Shown: positions 17,133 through 24,433, numbered from the stretch's first letter. The stretch: 32,000 nucleotides of DNA from Staphylothermus marinus F1 (GCF_000015945.1 NC_009033.1:60001-92000); one strand, 5' to 3'. Notes: generated from the letters alone by a model not told the origin. Program-made: numbers and translations.

Positions 17133-18299
17133 TTGGCTAATGAATTATTGATACTTATCGACTTAGCCATAGTTATTTTCATGGCCAAGGTATTGGAGGA
17201 GATAATGGCTCGTATAGGTCAGCCCCCTATATTAGGAGATCTTTTGGCTGGTATAATTGTCGGTCCCAGTATTTTAGGATTAATCACTGTTACTCATAAT
17301 GTAGAGGTTATTGGATGGTTAGGCATAGTTATCCTAATATTTCTCGCCGGATTAGAAACTGATATCGAAGCTGCTAAGAAATATGGTTTTGACGCCGTAC
17401 TAGTTGCTTTGGGCGGAGTAGCTTTAACTTTTATCCTAGCCTTCATTATTGCTATGTTTTTCAATTATAGTTTTATAACATCATTATTTATAGCAACAAT
17501 TCTCACACCCACAAGTGTTAGCGTTACAAGTATGACTCTACTTGAACTAGGAGTTATACGTTCACGTGTTGGAGAAATTATTTTAGGTGCAGCATTTGCG
17601 GACGACGTAATAGCTATGATACTTTTCGCGTTAATATCCAGTATTGCTTTCTATGGTGAAATAAGACATGAATCAATAACAATGATTACTATAGGGTTAG
17701 CACTTATCTTCACATTGTTCCTAGTCTTCTATTATTCTTCAAATAAGCTGTTTAACCGTTTTATAATGCGTTCAAGACTTGTTGATGCCCCTATAATACA
17801 CTTATTAATGATTGGTATTGGAATGTCTATTATATCAGCTTATTTCGGATTATCTCCTCTCATAGGAGCTTATCTAGGAGGATTAGCTATGAGTAGAGTG
17901 GTTAAAAGTGCTCGGACAATGGAGTTTTTCGAGATACTTGTACAAATAATTTCTCCCTTCTTCTTCGTATATGCTGGTATATTGTTAAATCCATGGATTG
18001 TGATCGGTAAGATCAATTTATTAGAGACAATAGGTGTTATAATTGCAATAGTCGCTTCTGGAATAATCGGTAAAATACTGGGTTGTGGAGGGACAGCTTA
18101 TCTATTAAGGATGGATAAGAAATCATCTCTAACCATAGGTGTCGGCATGATGCCTAGAGCGGGTGTTGATCTCGTAATAGCCGTTGTAGGATTAACCATC
18201 GGGGTTCTAACAATGGAGCTATACTTATCAGCCCTTATACTAATCTACGTAACAAGTCTTTCAACACCGTTTCTCCTCAAAAAACATTTTTCAAAATAA
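17133..18299 (+). CDS. cation:proton antiporter (CPA2 / Kef-NapA type)
   Basis: 388 aa, polytopic (about 11-12 TM). The N-terminal IGQPPILGDLLAGIIVGPSILG and GLETD motifs are typical of the Na+/H+ exchanger family. Confidence 0.8.
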   Translation: MANELLILIDLAIVIFMAKVLEEIMARIGQPPILGDLLAGIIVGPSILGLITVTHNVEVIGWLGIVILIFLAGLETDIEAAKKYGFDAVLVALGGVALTFILAFIIAMFFNYSFITSLFIATILTPTSVSVTSMTLLELGVIRSRVGEIILGAAFADDVIAMILFALISSIAFYGEIRHESITMITIGLALIFTLFLVFYYSSNKLFNRFIMRSRLVDAPIIHLLMIGIGMSIISAYFGLSPLIGAYLGGLAMSRVVKSARTMEFFEILVQIISPFFFVYAGILLNPWIVIGKINLLETIGVIIAIVASGIIGKILGCGGTAYLLRMDKKSSLTIGVGMMPRAGVDLVIAVVGLTIGVLTMELYLSALILIYVTSLSTPFLLKKHFSK

Positions 18300-18319
18300 G
18301 CTGTTTGAGGAGGAAAATT

Positions 18320-18556
18320 ATGGCGAAACTATTAATTCTAAGAGCATTCTTTGAGACAAGCAATGGAGGCTACTATTCACCATTAAATAGAGAATGCTAT
18401 ACATTATTACCAATACCAGAAGATCTAAGCAAACTTGGCAAAACACCGCCTCACTTACATCCGGAGAAAATAATTGATCAATGTACTGGTGAAAAACTTT
18501 CAAAGTTTTATCCAATAGAACACAATAATAATCCCATAAACAATGATCCCAGGCTA
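18320..18556 (+). pseudogene. 5' fragment of a small gene interrupted by the IS (79 codons)
   Basis: ATG 18320 is preceded by GAGGAGG. The ORF reads MAKLLILRAFFETSNGG...NNDPRL and then runs into the IS left end. The matching 3' fragment lies at 19918-20088. Confidence 0.6.
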
Positions 18557-18684
18557 GACTATTCGCTTATTTGGATACTATGGTTATTTTTGGAAATTAT
18601 GAAAACTATTGTTGTTTTGTAGTGTTTATATTTATGTGTTCTCTTTGTATATTCTTATGTAATATTTTATGGTGGGGGTTGGGG

Positions 18685-19902
18685 GTGAGGGTTTATGCAA
18701 CCGTTAAGGTTATGGGGGTTGCTCCTGATCCCAGCCTCCACCACAAACTCTATTTATTTCTTAGATCATATCGTGACTGGACACAGTACATTATAGACCA
18801 GATATGGTCTTATAATAGAATCCCATCTATGAAGAATCTACATGATAGATTCTATATGTTGTTGAGGAGCAGGGGGTTCCGTGCACATCACTGCCACAAA
18901 ATTGAACGTAGAGCTAAAGAAATTGTTAAATCCGTTAAGAAGAATAGGAGTAGAAAACCAGTATTGAGAAAATTAACTGCTAGAATAGACTATGAAGATT
19001 ATAGATTGGACTTGAAGAGTAAAACATTAAAGATAGCTGTACTAGATAATGAATGGGTTATAGTGAAGCTGAAATGGTATAGTTATATAAACAAGTATCT
19101 TAATAGTGATTGGAATCTTAAGGAAATACTTGTATCTTTTAGAAACAATAATATATGGGTTTATTTGGTTTTCGAAAAACAAGTTGTTTTCAGGAAGCCT
19201 AGGACATTAATGGGTGTAGACATTAATTTCGATAATATAACATATACCATTCTAGACAGGAACGGTAAACTAGTAACAATGGGTACTATTCCATTCAAAG
19301 GTTTACGTAAAGCACTGCATTATAAGAAGCTTGCTGAGAAATTGCAGAAGAGATATCCTAGGAATTGGAGATTTGTTAAATGGGTTAGAATGGTTAGAGC
19401 TAGGTTGAGGAGAGCCAGAAATATTCTTAAAGACACCTCACACTACATAGCCAAGAAAATTGTAGAAATAGCTAATGAACATAACTCAGTAATAGTATTG
19501 GAGGATCTAGAGAATATTAAGAAAAACAATAAAAGTAAAATGTTTAATTGGAGAATGCATTTATGGGCGTATCGTAGAGTGCAGGAGTACATTTATTATA
19601 AAGCGTTGATTAGAAATATGTTAACGGTATTTATTGACCCAAAATACAGCTCTAAGAAGTCTCCTATAGGTGGTAGATTAATTTTCATAAACTATAAATA
19701 CGTCAAACTACCCAACGGCTTTATTGTTACTCGCGACATTGTTGCTTCGTGGAACCTAGCACTCAAATATCTGCGGATGAAGGGCTCTATGTGGTCTGTG
19801 TGGAGCCCCGATAGCCCCCTCCGTGAAGGGATGAAAACCCGACACAAGAGGGGGAAGCCCGTGCAAACAATTCCCAAAATAACCATAGTTTCTAAAAGAT
19901 AA
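18685..19902 (+). CDS. tnpB: TnpB-like RuvC nuclease (OrfB), with a cysteine-less zinc-finger region
   Basis: RuvC-I is MGVDINFD, RuvC-II is VIVLEDLENIK and RuvC-III is TRDIVASWNLA. The probable start is GTG 18685, after GGTGGGGG. The upstream part of the ORF-track frame (18571-18684) is left-end sequence. The segment between RuvC-II and RuvC-III (IDPKYSSKKSPIGG...KLPNGF) contains no Cys. Confidence 0.8.
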   Translation: MRVYATVKVMGVAPDPSLHHKLYLFLRSYRDWTQYIIDQIWSYNRIPSMKNLHDRFYMLLRSRGFRAHHCHKIERRAKEIVKSVKKNRSRKPVLRKLTARIDYEDYRLDLKSKTLKIAVLDNEWVIVKLKWYSYINKYLNSDWNLKEILVSFRNNNIWVYLVFEKQVVFRKPRTLMGVDINFDNITYTILDRNGKLVTMGTIPFKGLRKALHYKKLAEKLQKRYPRNWRFVKWVRMVRARLRRARNILKDTSHYIAKKIVEIANEHNSVIVLEDLENIKKNNKSKMFNWRMHLWAYRRVQEYIYYKALIRNMLTVFIDPKYSSKKSPIGGRLIFINYKYVKLPNGFIVTRDIVASWNLALKYLRMKGSMWSVWSPDSPLREGMKTRHKRGKPVQTIPKITIVSKR

Positions 19903-19917
19903 TGCCCGGGCAACCAC
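19771..19917 (+). ncRNA. candidate TnpB guide-RNA (omega/reRNA) scaffold overlapping the tnpB 3' end and right end
   Basis: The GC-rich core is shared with the three tnpB-less copies. Hand-derived stems are GGGCTC-N15-GAGCCC, CCCCCTC...GAGGGGG, GGG-N7-CCC and a terminal GCCCGTGC/GCCCGGGC. The position matches where TnpB systems encode their RNA. Confidence 0.4.
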
Positions 19918-20088
19918 TCTAAGCGTTACTGGAGAATAACGTGTGAGGGAGGAGATAAAATATTCCTATACTATCTAGATCCTCTTCTATTATTAGAGGA
20001 GAACATTGATAAGGTTAAGAATAAGCTTCTAATAGAATATGCTCCCGGCTTATCCATTATACCTGTGGTTAACTTATTGCTTATATAA
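19918..20088 (+). pseudogene. 3' fragment of the IS-interrupted small gene (56 aa + stop)
   Basis: An open frame reads SKRYWRITCEGGDKIFLYYLDPLLLLEENIDKVKNKLLIEYAPGLSIIPVVNLLLI* immediately after the IS right end. It is in phase with 18320-18556 once 18557-19917 is removed. Confidence 0.55.
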
Positions 20089-20138
20089 TAAAGAAAAAAT
20101 GTTATTGAGACATTTATGTAAGCATTGATGTATTATTT

Positions 20139-21689
20139 TTAGAGTAGATATCTCCACACGCCTCTTCCACGATAACTATAAACTATTGTTTTCCACGCTG
20201 TTACTTCTTCTATACTATACCCTATTCCTTCTCTTCCTATTCCTGAATCTTTTCTGCCTCCAAATGGATAGTATCCTATTCCGTGTCTTGGATACTCATT
20301 GATATATATGGCTCCTACCTCTAGGAATCTTATTAGTTTTCTGATTTTATTGATATCCTTACCAAATATTGCTGCGTCCAAACCGTATCTTCTCTTATTA
20401 GCGATTTCTATTGCTTCATCCACGTTCTCAATAGGCGTTATCAATGCTACTGGTGCGAATACTTCGTCAACGAATAGTTTTGTCTTAAACAGCTTGCTTT
20501 TATCTGTTAACTCTATCAATGTAGGCTCCATATATGTATCGCCAAGTCTTTTTCCGCCAAACAGTATTTTTCCTCCCTTATTCACGGCGTCCTCTATAGC
20601 TTTCATTGCGTTGTCAACAGCATATTTTGTTATTAATGGTCCAACACTATATGCTGGGCAACGAGGATCGCCTACCTTATATTTTCCAAGCTCTTCTACG
20701 AGTTTATTCTTGAACTCTTCATAGATTGGTTTTTCAACTAGTATAAGCTTTATTGCATCACATCTCTGTCCAGCATAGCTTGTAATTCCTACTGCGATAT
20801 TTCCCGCTGCATGCTCGATATCTGCATCGCTAAGTACTATTGCTGGGTCTCCTCCTCCAAGTTCTAATACATACTTCTTTATTCCACCAGTTCTCATCAC
20901 TTCTAATCCTGTCTCTGTACTACCGGTGAAGCTTATTGCTCCTATTCTTCTATCCGGCAGTATTTCTTTCATTTCTGACCCTTTAATGGTTAATAGAGCG
21001 AATGCTTCTTTAGGAAATCCTGCTTCCTCGAGTAGTTTAACGAATAAGATGACGGGTATTGGGTCAAGTGATGAAGGCTTTAATAAGACAGCGTTTCCAG
21101 CTACAAAGCTATATGTAAACTTATTAACTGTGTCGAAGAGAGGATAATTGAAAGGTGTAATCGCTAAAACTATTCCATAGGGTTCTTTACGCACTATCCC
21201 TTCGGACTCTAAGGTTAACTGGCTCCAATCACCAGGTATATATTCTCCTATAAGCCTTCTAAGATCCATTTTAGCCTTACGGAGTCTCTCAATAGATGCA
21301 TTTACTTCTCCTCTTGCCTGCGAATATGTCTTACCACTGTCGATAACCAATGCTTCTACGATATCGTCTCGGTGATGAGATAATAGATCGGCAAGTCTTT
21401 CTAATAGATCAAGCCTTCGATCACCCGGAGTATCACGGACAGCCCATCTACCTTTATTATACATTACATCAATAGTTTTATGAACAAGCTCGAGTGAAGG
21501 CTTACTGACAAGGGCTATTAATGATCCATCAATTGGTGAGTGAACCTCTAAATAATCACCGCTATCTATCCATTGACCATTAATGAATGTTTTGAAAACC
21601 AGAACTCCATCCTTGCGGACACTATATATATCTCTAAATAGACTGTCTTTAAAGTCTAGAATAACACGATCCATATTGATACGCCCCAT
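20139..21689 (-). CDS. gapN: non-phosphorylating glyceraldehyde-3-phosphate dehydrogenase (ALDH superfamily, GAPN)
   Basis: ALDH catalytic motifs LELGGGDPAIVL and SYAGQRCDAIKL. Also ITPFNYPLFDTVNK, FTGSTETG and the C-terminal RHGIGYYPFGGRKDSGIGREGIGY...VWRY, which closely follow my recollection of archaeal GAPN. The start is taken as ATG 21689 (ATG 21674 is an alternative). The ORF-track extension to 21722 reads into the miniature element. Confidence 0.85.
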   Translation of the reverse strand: MGRINMDRVILDFKDSLFRDIYSVRKDGVLVFKTFINGQWIDSGDYLEVHSPIDGSLIALVSKPSLELVHKTIDVMYNKGRWAVRDTPGDRRLDLLERLADLLSHHRDDIVEALVIDSGKTYSQARGEVNASIERLRKAKMDLRRLIGEYIPGDWSQLTLESEGIVRKEPYGIVLAITPFNYPLFDTVNKFTYSFVAGNAVLLKPSSLDPIPVILFVKLLEEAGFPKEAFALLTIKGSEMKEILPDRRIGAISFTGSTETGLEVMRTGGIKKYVLELGGGDPAIVLSDADIEHAAGNIAVGITSYAGQRCDAIKLILVEKPIYEEFKNKLVEELGKYKVGDPRCPAYSVGPLITKYAVDNAMKAIEDAVNKGGKILFGGKRLGDTYMEPTLIELTDKSKLFKTKLFVDEVFAPVALITPIENVDEAIEIANKRRYGLDAAIFGKDINKIRKLIRFLEVGAIYINEYPRHGIGYYPFGGRKDSGIGREGIGYSIEEVTAWKTIVYSYRGRGVWRYLL

Positions 21690-21696
21690 GGAAGTG

Positions 21697-21933
21697 GTGG
21701 TTGCCCGTGCTTTATGATGCACGGGCTTCCCCCTCTTGGGTCAGGGCTTCATCCTTTCATCGAGGGGGCTATCGGGGCTCCACACCGACCACTTGAAGCC
21801 CTTCATCTGCATTTCTTTTTAAATCATGTATGTTATAAGGGGTTTATAAAGTGAACCCAACAACTATCCCTCAAAACAATTATAGCTTCCACAATTTCCA
21901 AAATAACCATAGTATCTAAATAAGAGAATAGTC
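21697..21933 (-). mobile_element. tnpB-less miniature element, copy E
   Basis: The reverse complement begins GACTATTCTCTTATTTAGATACTATGGTTATTTTGGAAATT, which is the left end. It contains GGGTTCACTTTATAAACCCC (TATA at 21852-21859) and the GC-rich core (21697-21812). It ends in the hairpin GCCCGTGC-ATCATAAA-GCACGGGC plus AACCAC. There is an in-frame TGA in the former TnpB tail frame. Confidence 0.75.
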
Positions 21934-22045
21934 TAATAATATTTATTCAATATTACTCCTAATAAATATGTAGTTATATGAATAACAGAAATTATAGAAT
22001 CTATGATAATACTACGTGAAAAATAAATGTATCCTAGAAAAGCGA

Positions 22046-23284
22046 TTAAACAATTTTAGCTAGAAGATCCAAATAGTTCTCTATATGTCTAACAATAGTA
22101 AAGTGTTTCAGAACATGCTTGTACCCGTTCTCCCCTAGCTCCTTTCTTTTTTGCGGATTCTTGATTAAATATATTGTTTTCTTAGCTGCTTCTTCAACTG
22201 TTTCCGCAAGATGACCTGTGACACCATCGATGACTTGAAGCTTTATTCCTCCACGCGGTCTAGCAACTACTGGTTTTCTCTTCCATAATGCTTCTGTTAC
22301 AGCTAATCCGAAACCTTCTCTTCTGCTCATTTGTAAAACTACCGTTGCTGCTCTTTGAAAAGCATTAACTTCTAATGTGCCAACATTTTTGAGATTTGTA
22401 AGAATAAATATGTCTTCATCCATGCCTGCATATTTAAGTGTTTTTTCATAATATATCCATCCCTCAGGATCATCTGTTGCCATACTTGTTACAAGCAATA
22501 GCTGTGTATCTGGAAATTCTTTTTTAACTAACCTATATACATCTATGGCTGCAAAAGGATCCTTCCATGGATCAAATCTTGCTACTTGTAACAATATAGG
22601 TTTCTCTGGATCGATCCCGTATCTATTAAGTATTTTTTCAATAGTGCTCCATGAGAGCTCCTTATTCTTATCGCTTAACGGATCTATTGAGGGGGGCATA
22701 ACGTATTTAATAGGTGTAGGTGTCTCAGGATGAATGTATTCTTTTAGATGGAAAATTGATGCTTCGTATCCTCTAAGTAACTGTGAAATAAATAACCATA
22801 CAGGCTTATATGGCGTGCTTAAATCTATGTGGCACCTCCATATCCATTTCTTATTGTTTTCCGCGAATTTTCTTATGGGAAGAGGCTGTGGATCATGAAC
22901 TACTATATGTGTTGAATCTAGAACAAGTTCGTTTTCAACATTCCATTTATTATTTTCTAAATATATTCTCTTTTCTTCATCGCTAAGATCAATTTCTGCG
23001 CCCTGTAGTGCGTTATGTATCTTTTTGGTAACGTTAAAGAATTCATTGCCTCCCTTGATAACCTCCCATCTAGTCGTTATGCCTATACTATTCATTAAAG
23101 GTACGAGACTATAGAGTATTTCTGCAACTCCCCCACCTAGACTTGTAGAATTAACATGTGTTAACGTGATATCTCTAAGTTTTTCCGCTTTTTCAACTAT
23201 TCTATTAATGTATTCCTCTCCATATATTGAAGTATAGTCCTTTATGTTTTTATGTGACAAATCTTGTATTAACATGTAGACCAC
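22046..23284 (-). CDS. treT: GT4-family glycosyltransferase, trehalose glycosyltransferring synthase (TreT)-like
   Basis: 412 aa. HVNSTSLGGGVAEIL...RWEVIKGGNEFFNVTKKIHNALQG is the pattern I associate with archaeal TreT. The C-terminal GT-B motif is REGFGLAVTEALWKRKPVV. Genomic context is a TrmB-like regulator and a sugar ABC system. Confidence 0.7.
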   Translation of the reverse strand: MVYMLIQDLSHKNIKDYTSIYGEEYINRIVEKAEKLRDITLTHVNSTSLGGGVAEILYSLVPLMNSIGITTRWEVIKGGNEFFNVTKKIHNALQGAEIDLSDEEKRIYLENNKWNVENELVLDSTHIVVHDPQPLPIRKFAENNKKWIWRCHIDLSTPYKPVWLFISQLLRGYEASIFHLKEYIHPETPTPIKYVMPPSIDPLSDKNKELSWSTIEKILNRYGIDPEKPILLQVARFDPWKDPFAAIDVYRLVKKEFPDTQLLLVTSMATDDPEGWIYYEKTLKYAGMDEDIFILTNLKNVGTLEVNAFQRAATVVLQMSRREGFGLAVTEALWKRKPVVARPRGGIKLQVIDGVTGHLAETVEEAAKKTIYLIKNPQKRKELGENGYKHVLKHFTIVRHIENYLDLLAKIV

Positions 23285-23340
23285 AACCTGTAGATGGCTC
23301 GGTACATTAATATATTTTAGCTGACGTAGTATATAGAGGT

Positions 23341-23363
23341 TTCCAAGAATTTATCACTTGGAA
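23341..23363. promoter_or_regulatory. inverted repeat TTCCAAG-N9-CTTGGAA in the treT/trmB divergent intergenic region (candidate operator)
   Basis: Perfect 7-bp arms at 23341-23347 and 23357-23363. The repeat lies 22 nt upstream of the trmB-like ATG and just downstream of the AT-rich TATA-like runs at 23307-23338. Confidence 0.3.
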
Positions 23364-23384
23364 GAAGTAAATTTGGGGATTTAA

Positions 23385-23957
23385 ATGAGCTCTGAAGACG
23401 TAAGAGAACTAATTTATAAGTATTTAGAATTCATTGGGATCAAAGGTTATGAAGCAAAAGCGTATCTAACATTATTAAAATATGGAGAGGAAACAGCCCC
23501 CAAACTAGCTGCACGTGCAGGAATACCCTTACCTAGAATATATGATGTTCTCGAGACACTTTCTAGGAAGGGACTTGTAGAAGTGAAAGCTGGCAGACCA
23601 AGAATATATAGAGCTCTCCCACCCAGCCTGGCTCTGACAAGATATGTTAAGTCATATGTTGAACAAGTGCTTGAAATGAATAAGCGGATAGTAAATGAAT
23701 TAGAGAAGATATATAGTAGTAGGGAAAGCCATGAACCATATATTTGGTTATCTCATAGTTTGGAGGCTAGTATTGAGAGAACACGTGAATGGATCAAGAA
23801 AATGAGAGTTGATGGTTATGCATCACTAAATAACAACTTACTCAAAGAACTAGTTTCTGTTCTAGGTAGGAAATTAAAGAATAACAAAGAGATCCCATTC
23901 AGCTTAACATTATTAGAGAAGCCGAAAAAGAATAATTATGAAGAACTAGAAAAATAG
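23385..23957 (+). CDS. trmB: TrmB-family sugar-responsive regulator, N-terminal part (winged HTH + coiled coil + start of effector domain); split ORF
   Basis: 190 aa. YEAKAYLTLLKYGEETAPKLAARAGIPLPRIYDVLETLSRKGLVE is a TrmB-type wHTH. The ORF ends at a TAG directly after an A5 run. Confidence 0.7.
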   Translation: MSSEDVRELIYKYLEFIGIKGYEAKAYLTLLKYGEETAPKLAARAGIPLPRIYDVLETLSRKGLVEVKAGRPRIYRALPPSLALTRYVKSYVEQVLEMNKRIVNELEKIYSSRESHEPYIWLSHSLEASIERTREWIKKMRVDGYASLNNNLLKELVSVLGRKLKNNKEIPFSLTLLEKPKKNNYEELEK

Positions 23958-23965
23958 ATAATTTA

Positions 23966-24433
23966 ATGATCCTGCTTCAGCCAACAGGGTTTATAAACAT
24001 GTATGAACAGGATCTTAGTCGTGCAGCGTTATTTAGTGATAACTATACTTTATTTACTACCGAGAACGAGTTATTGATAATACTAAATGATACATATTAT
24101 TATGGTTATTGGCGGAGCGCAGAAATATTGAAACCTCTGAATATTAGGAGAGGCGATACATATAGGACGATGCATCAATGGTTAGCTGTTTCAATAATAA
24201 AGGATGCGCTCAGCCAAGGCTATTCAGTAGAGCTATATGTTACAGGTTATCGGGTTAAGGATAGAAAACCAGTAGAGATCAAGGGATACGCTAAAAGCGT
24301 TTATAAGAGCCCAGATGATAGGACGAGAACTATATATATGGAAACGCATGAAGGAGAAAAAGTCTCGATAGGAGGTATAGGTGCTAGCATGGAAGATGTA
24401 GAAGCTAGGTTTATGGAGATAAAAATAATTTAG
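23966..24433 (+). CDS. probable C-terminal (effector-domain) part of the split TrmB-family regulator
   Basis: 155 aa in the -1 frame relative to 23385-23957. Its frame is open back to 23942. The combined length of about 348 aa fits full-length TrmB proteins. The domain assignment rests on context and length, not on a recognised motif. Confidence 0.45.
   Translation: MILLQPTGFINMYEQDLSRAALFSDNYTLFTTENELLIILNDTYYYGYWRSAEILKPLNIRRGDTYRTMHQWLAVSIIKDALSQGYSVELYVTGYRVKDRKPVEIKGYAKSVYKSPDDRTRTIYMETHEGEKVSIGGIGASMEDVEARFMEIKII

Larger units (their letters stand above)
18557..19917 (+). mobile_element. IS200/IS605-family-like insertion sequence carrying only tnpB (no tnpA seen)
   Basis: Boundaries are inferred by aligning the four copies. 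The left end is GACTATTCGCTTATTTGGATACTATGGTTATTTTTGG. The right end is ...GCCCGTGC-(39 nt inverted copy of the left end)-GCCCGGGCAACCAC. Removing these 1361 bp restores the flanking ORF in frame. Confidence 0.75.

Noticed and set aside
18571-18684. Cys/Phe-rich N-terminal extension of the tnpB ORF (MDTMVIFGNYENYCCFVVFIF...) as a membrane anchor or zinc motif.
   Set aside because: This stretch is left-end sequence conserved at the nucleotide level in the tnpB-less copies. A GTG at 18685 with a G-rich SD-like run gives an N-terminus typical of TnpB (RVYATVKV...).
21690-21722. N-terminal extension of gapN (MHHKARATTTS...) from the ORF track.
   Set aside because: These codons are the terminal hairpin of miniature element E. 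The homologous GAPN N-terminus begins near MGRIN/MDRV.
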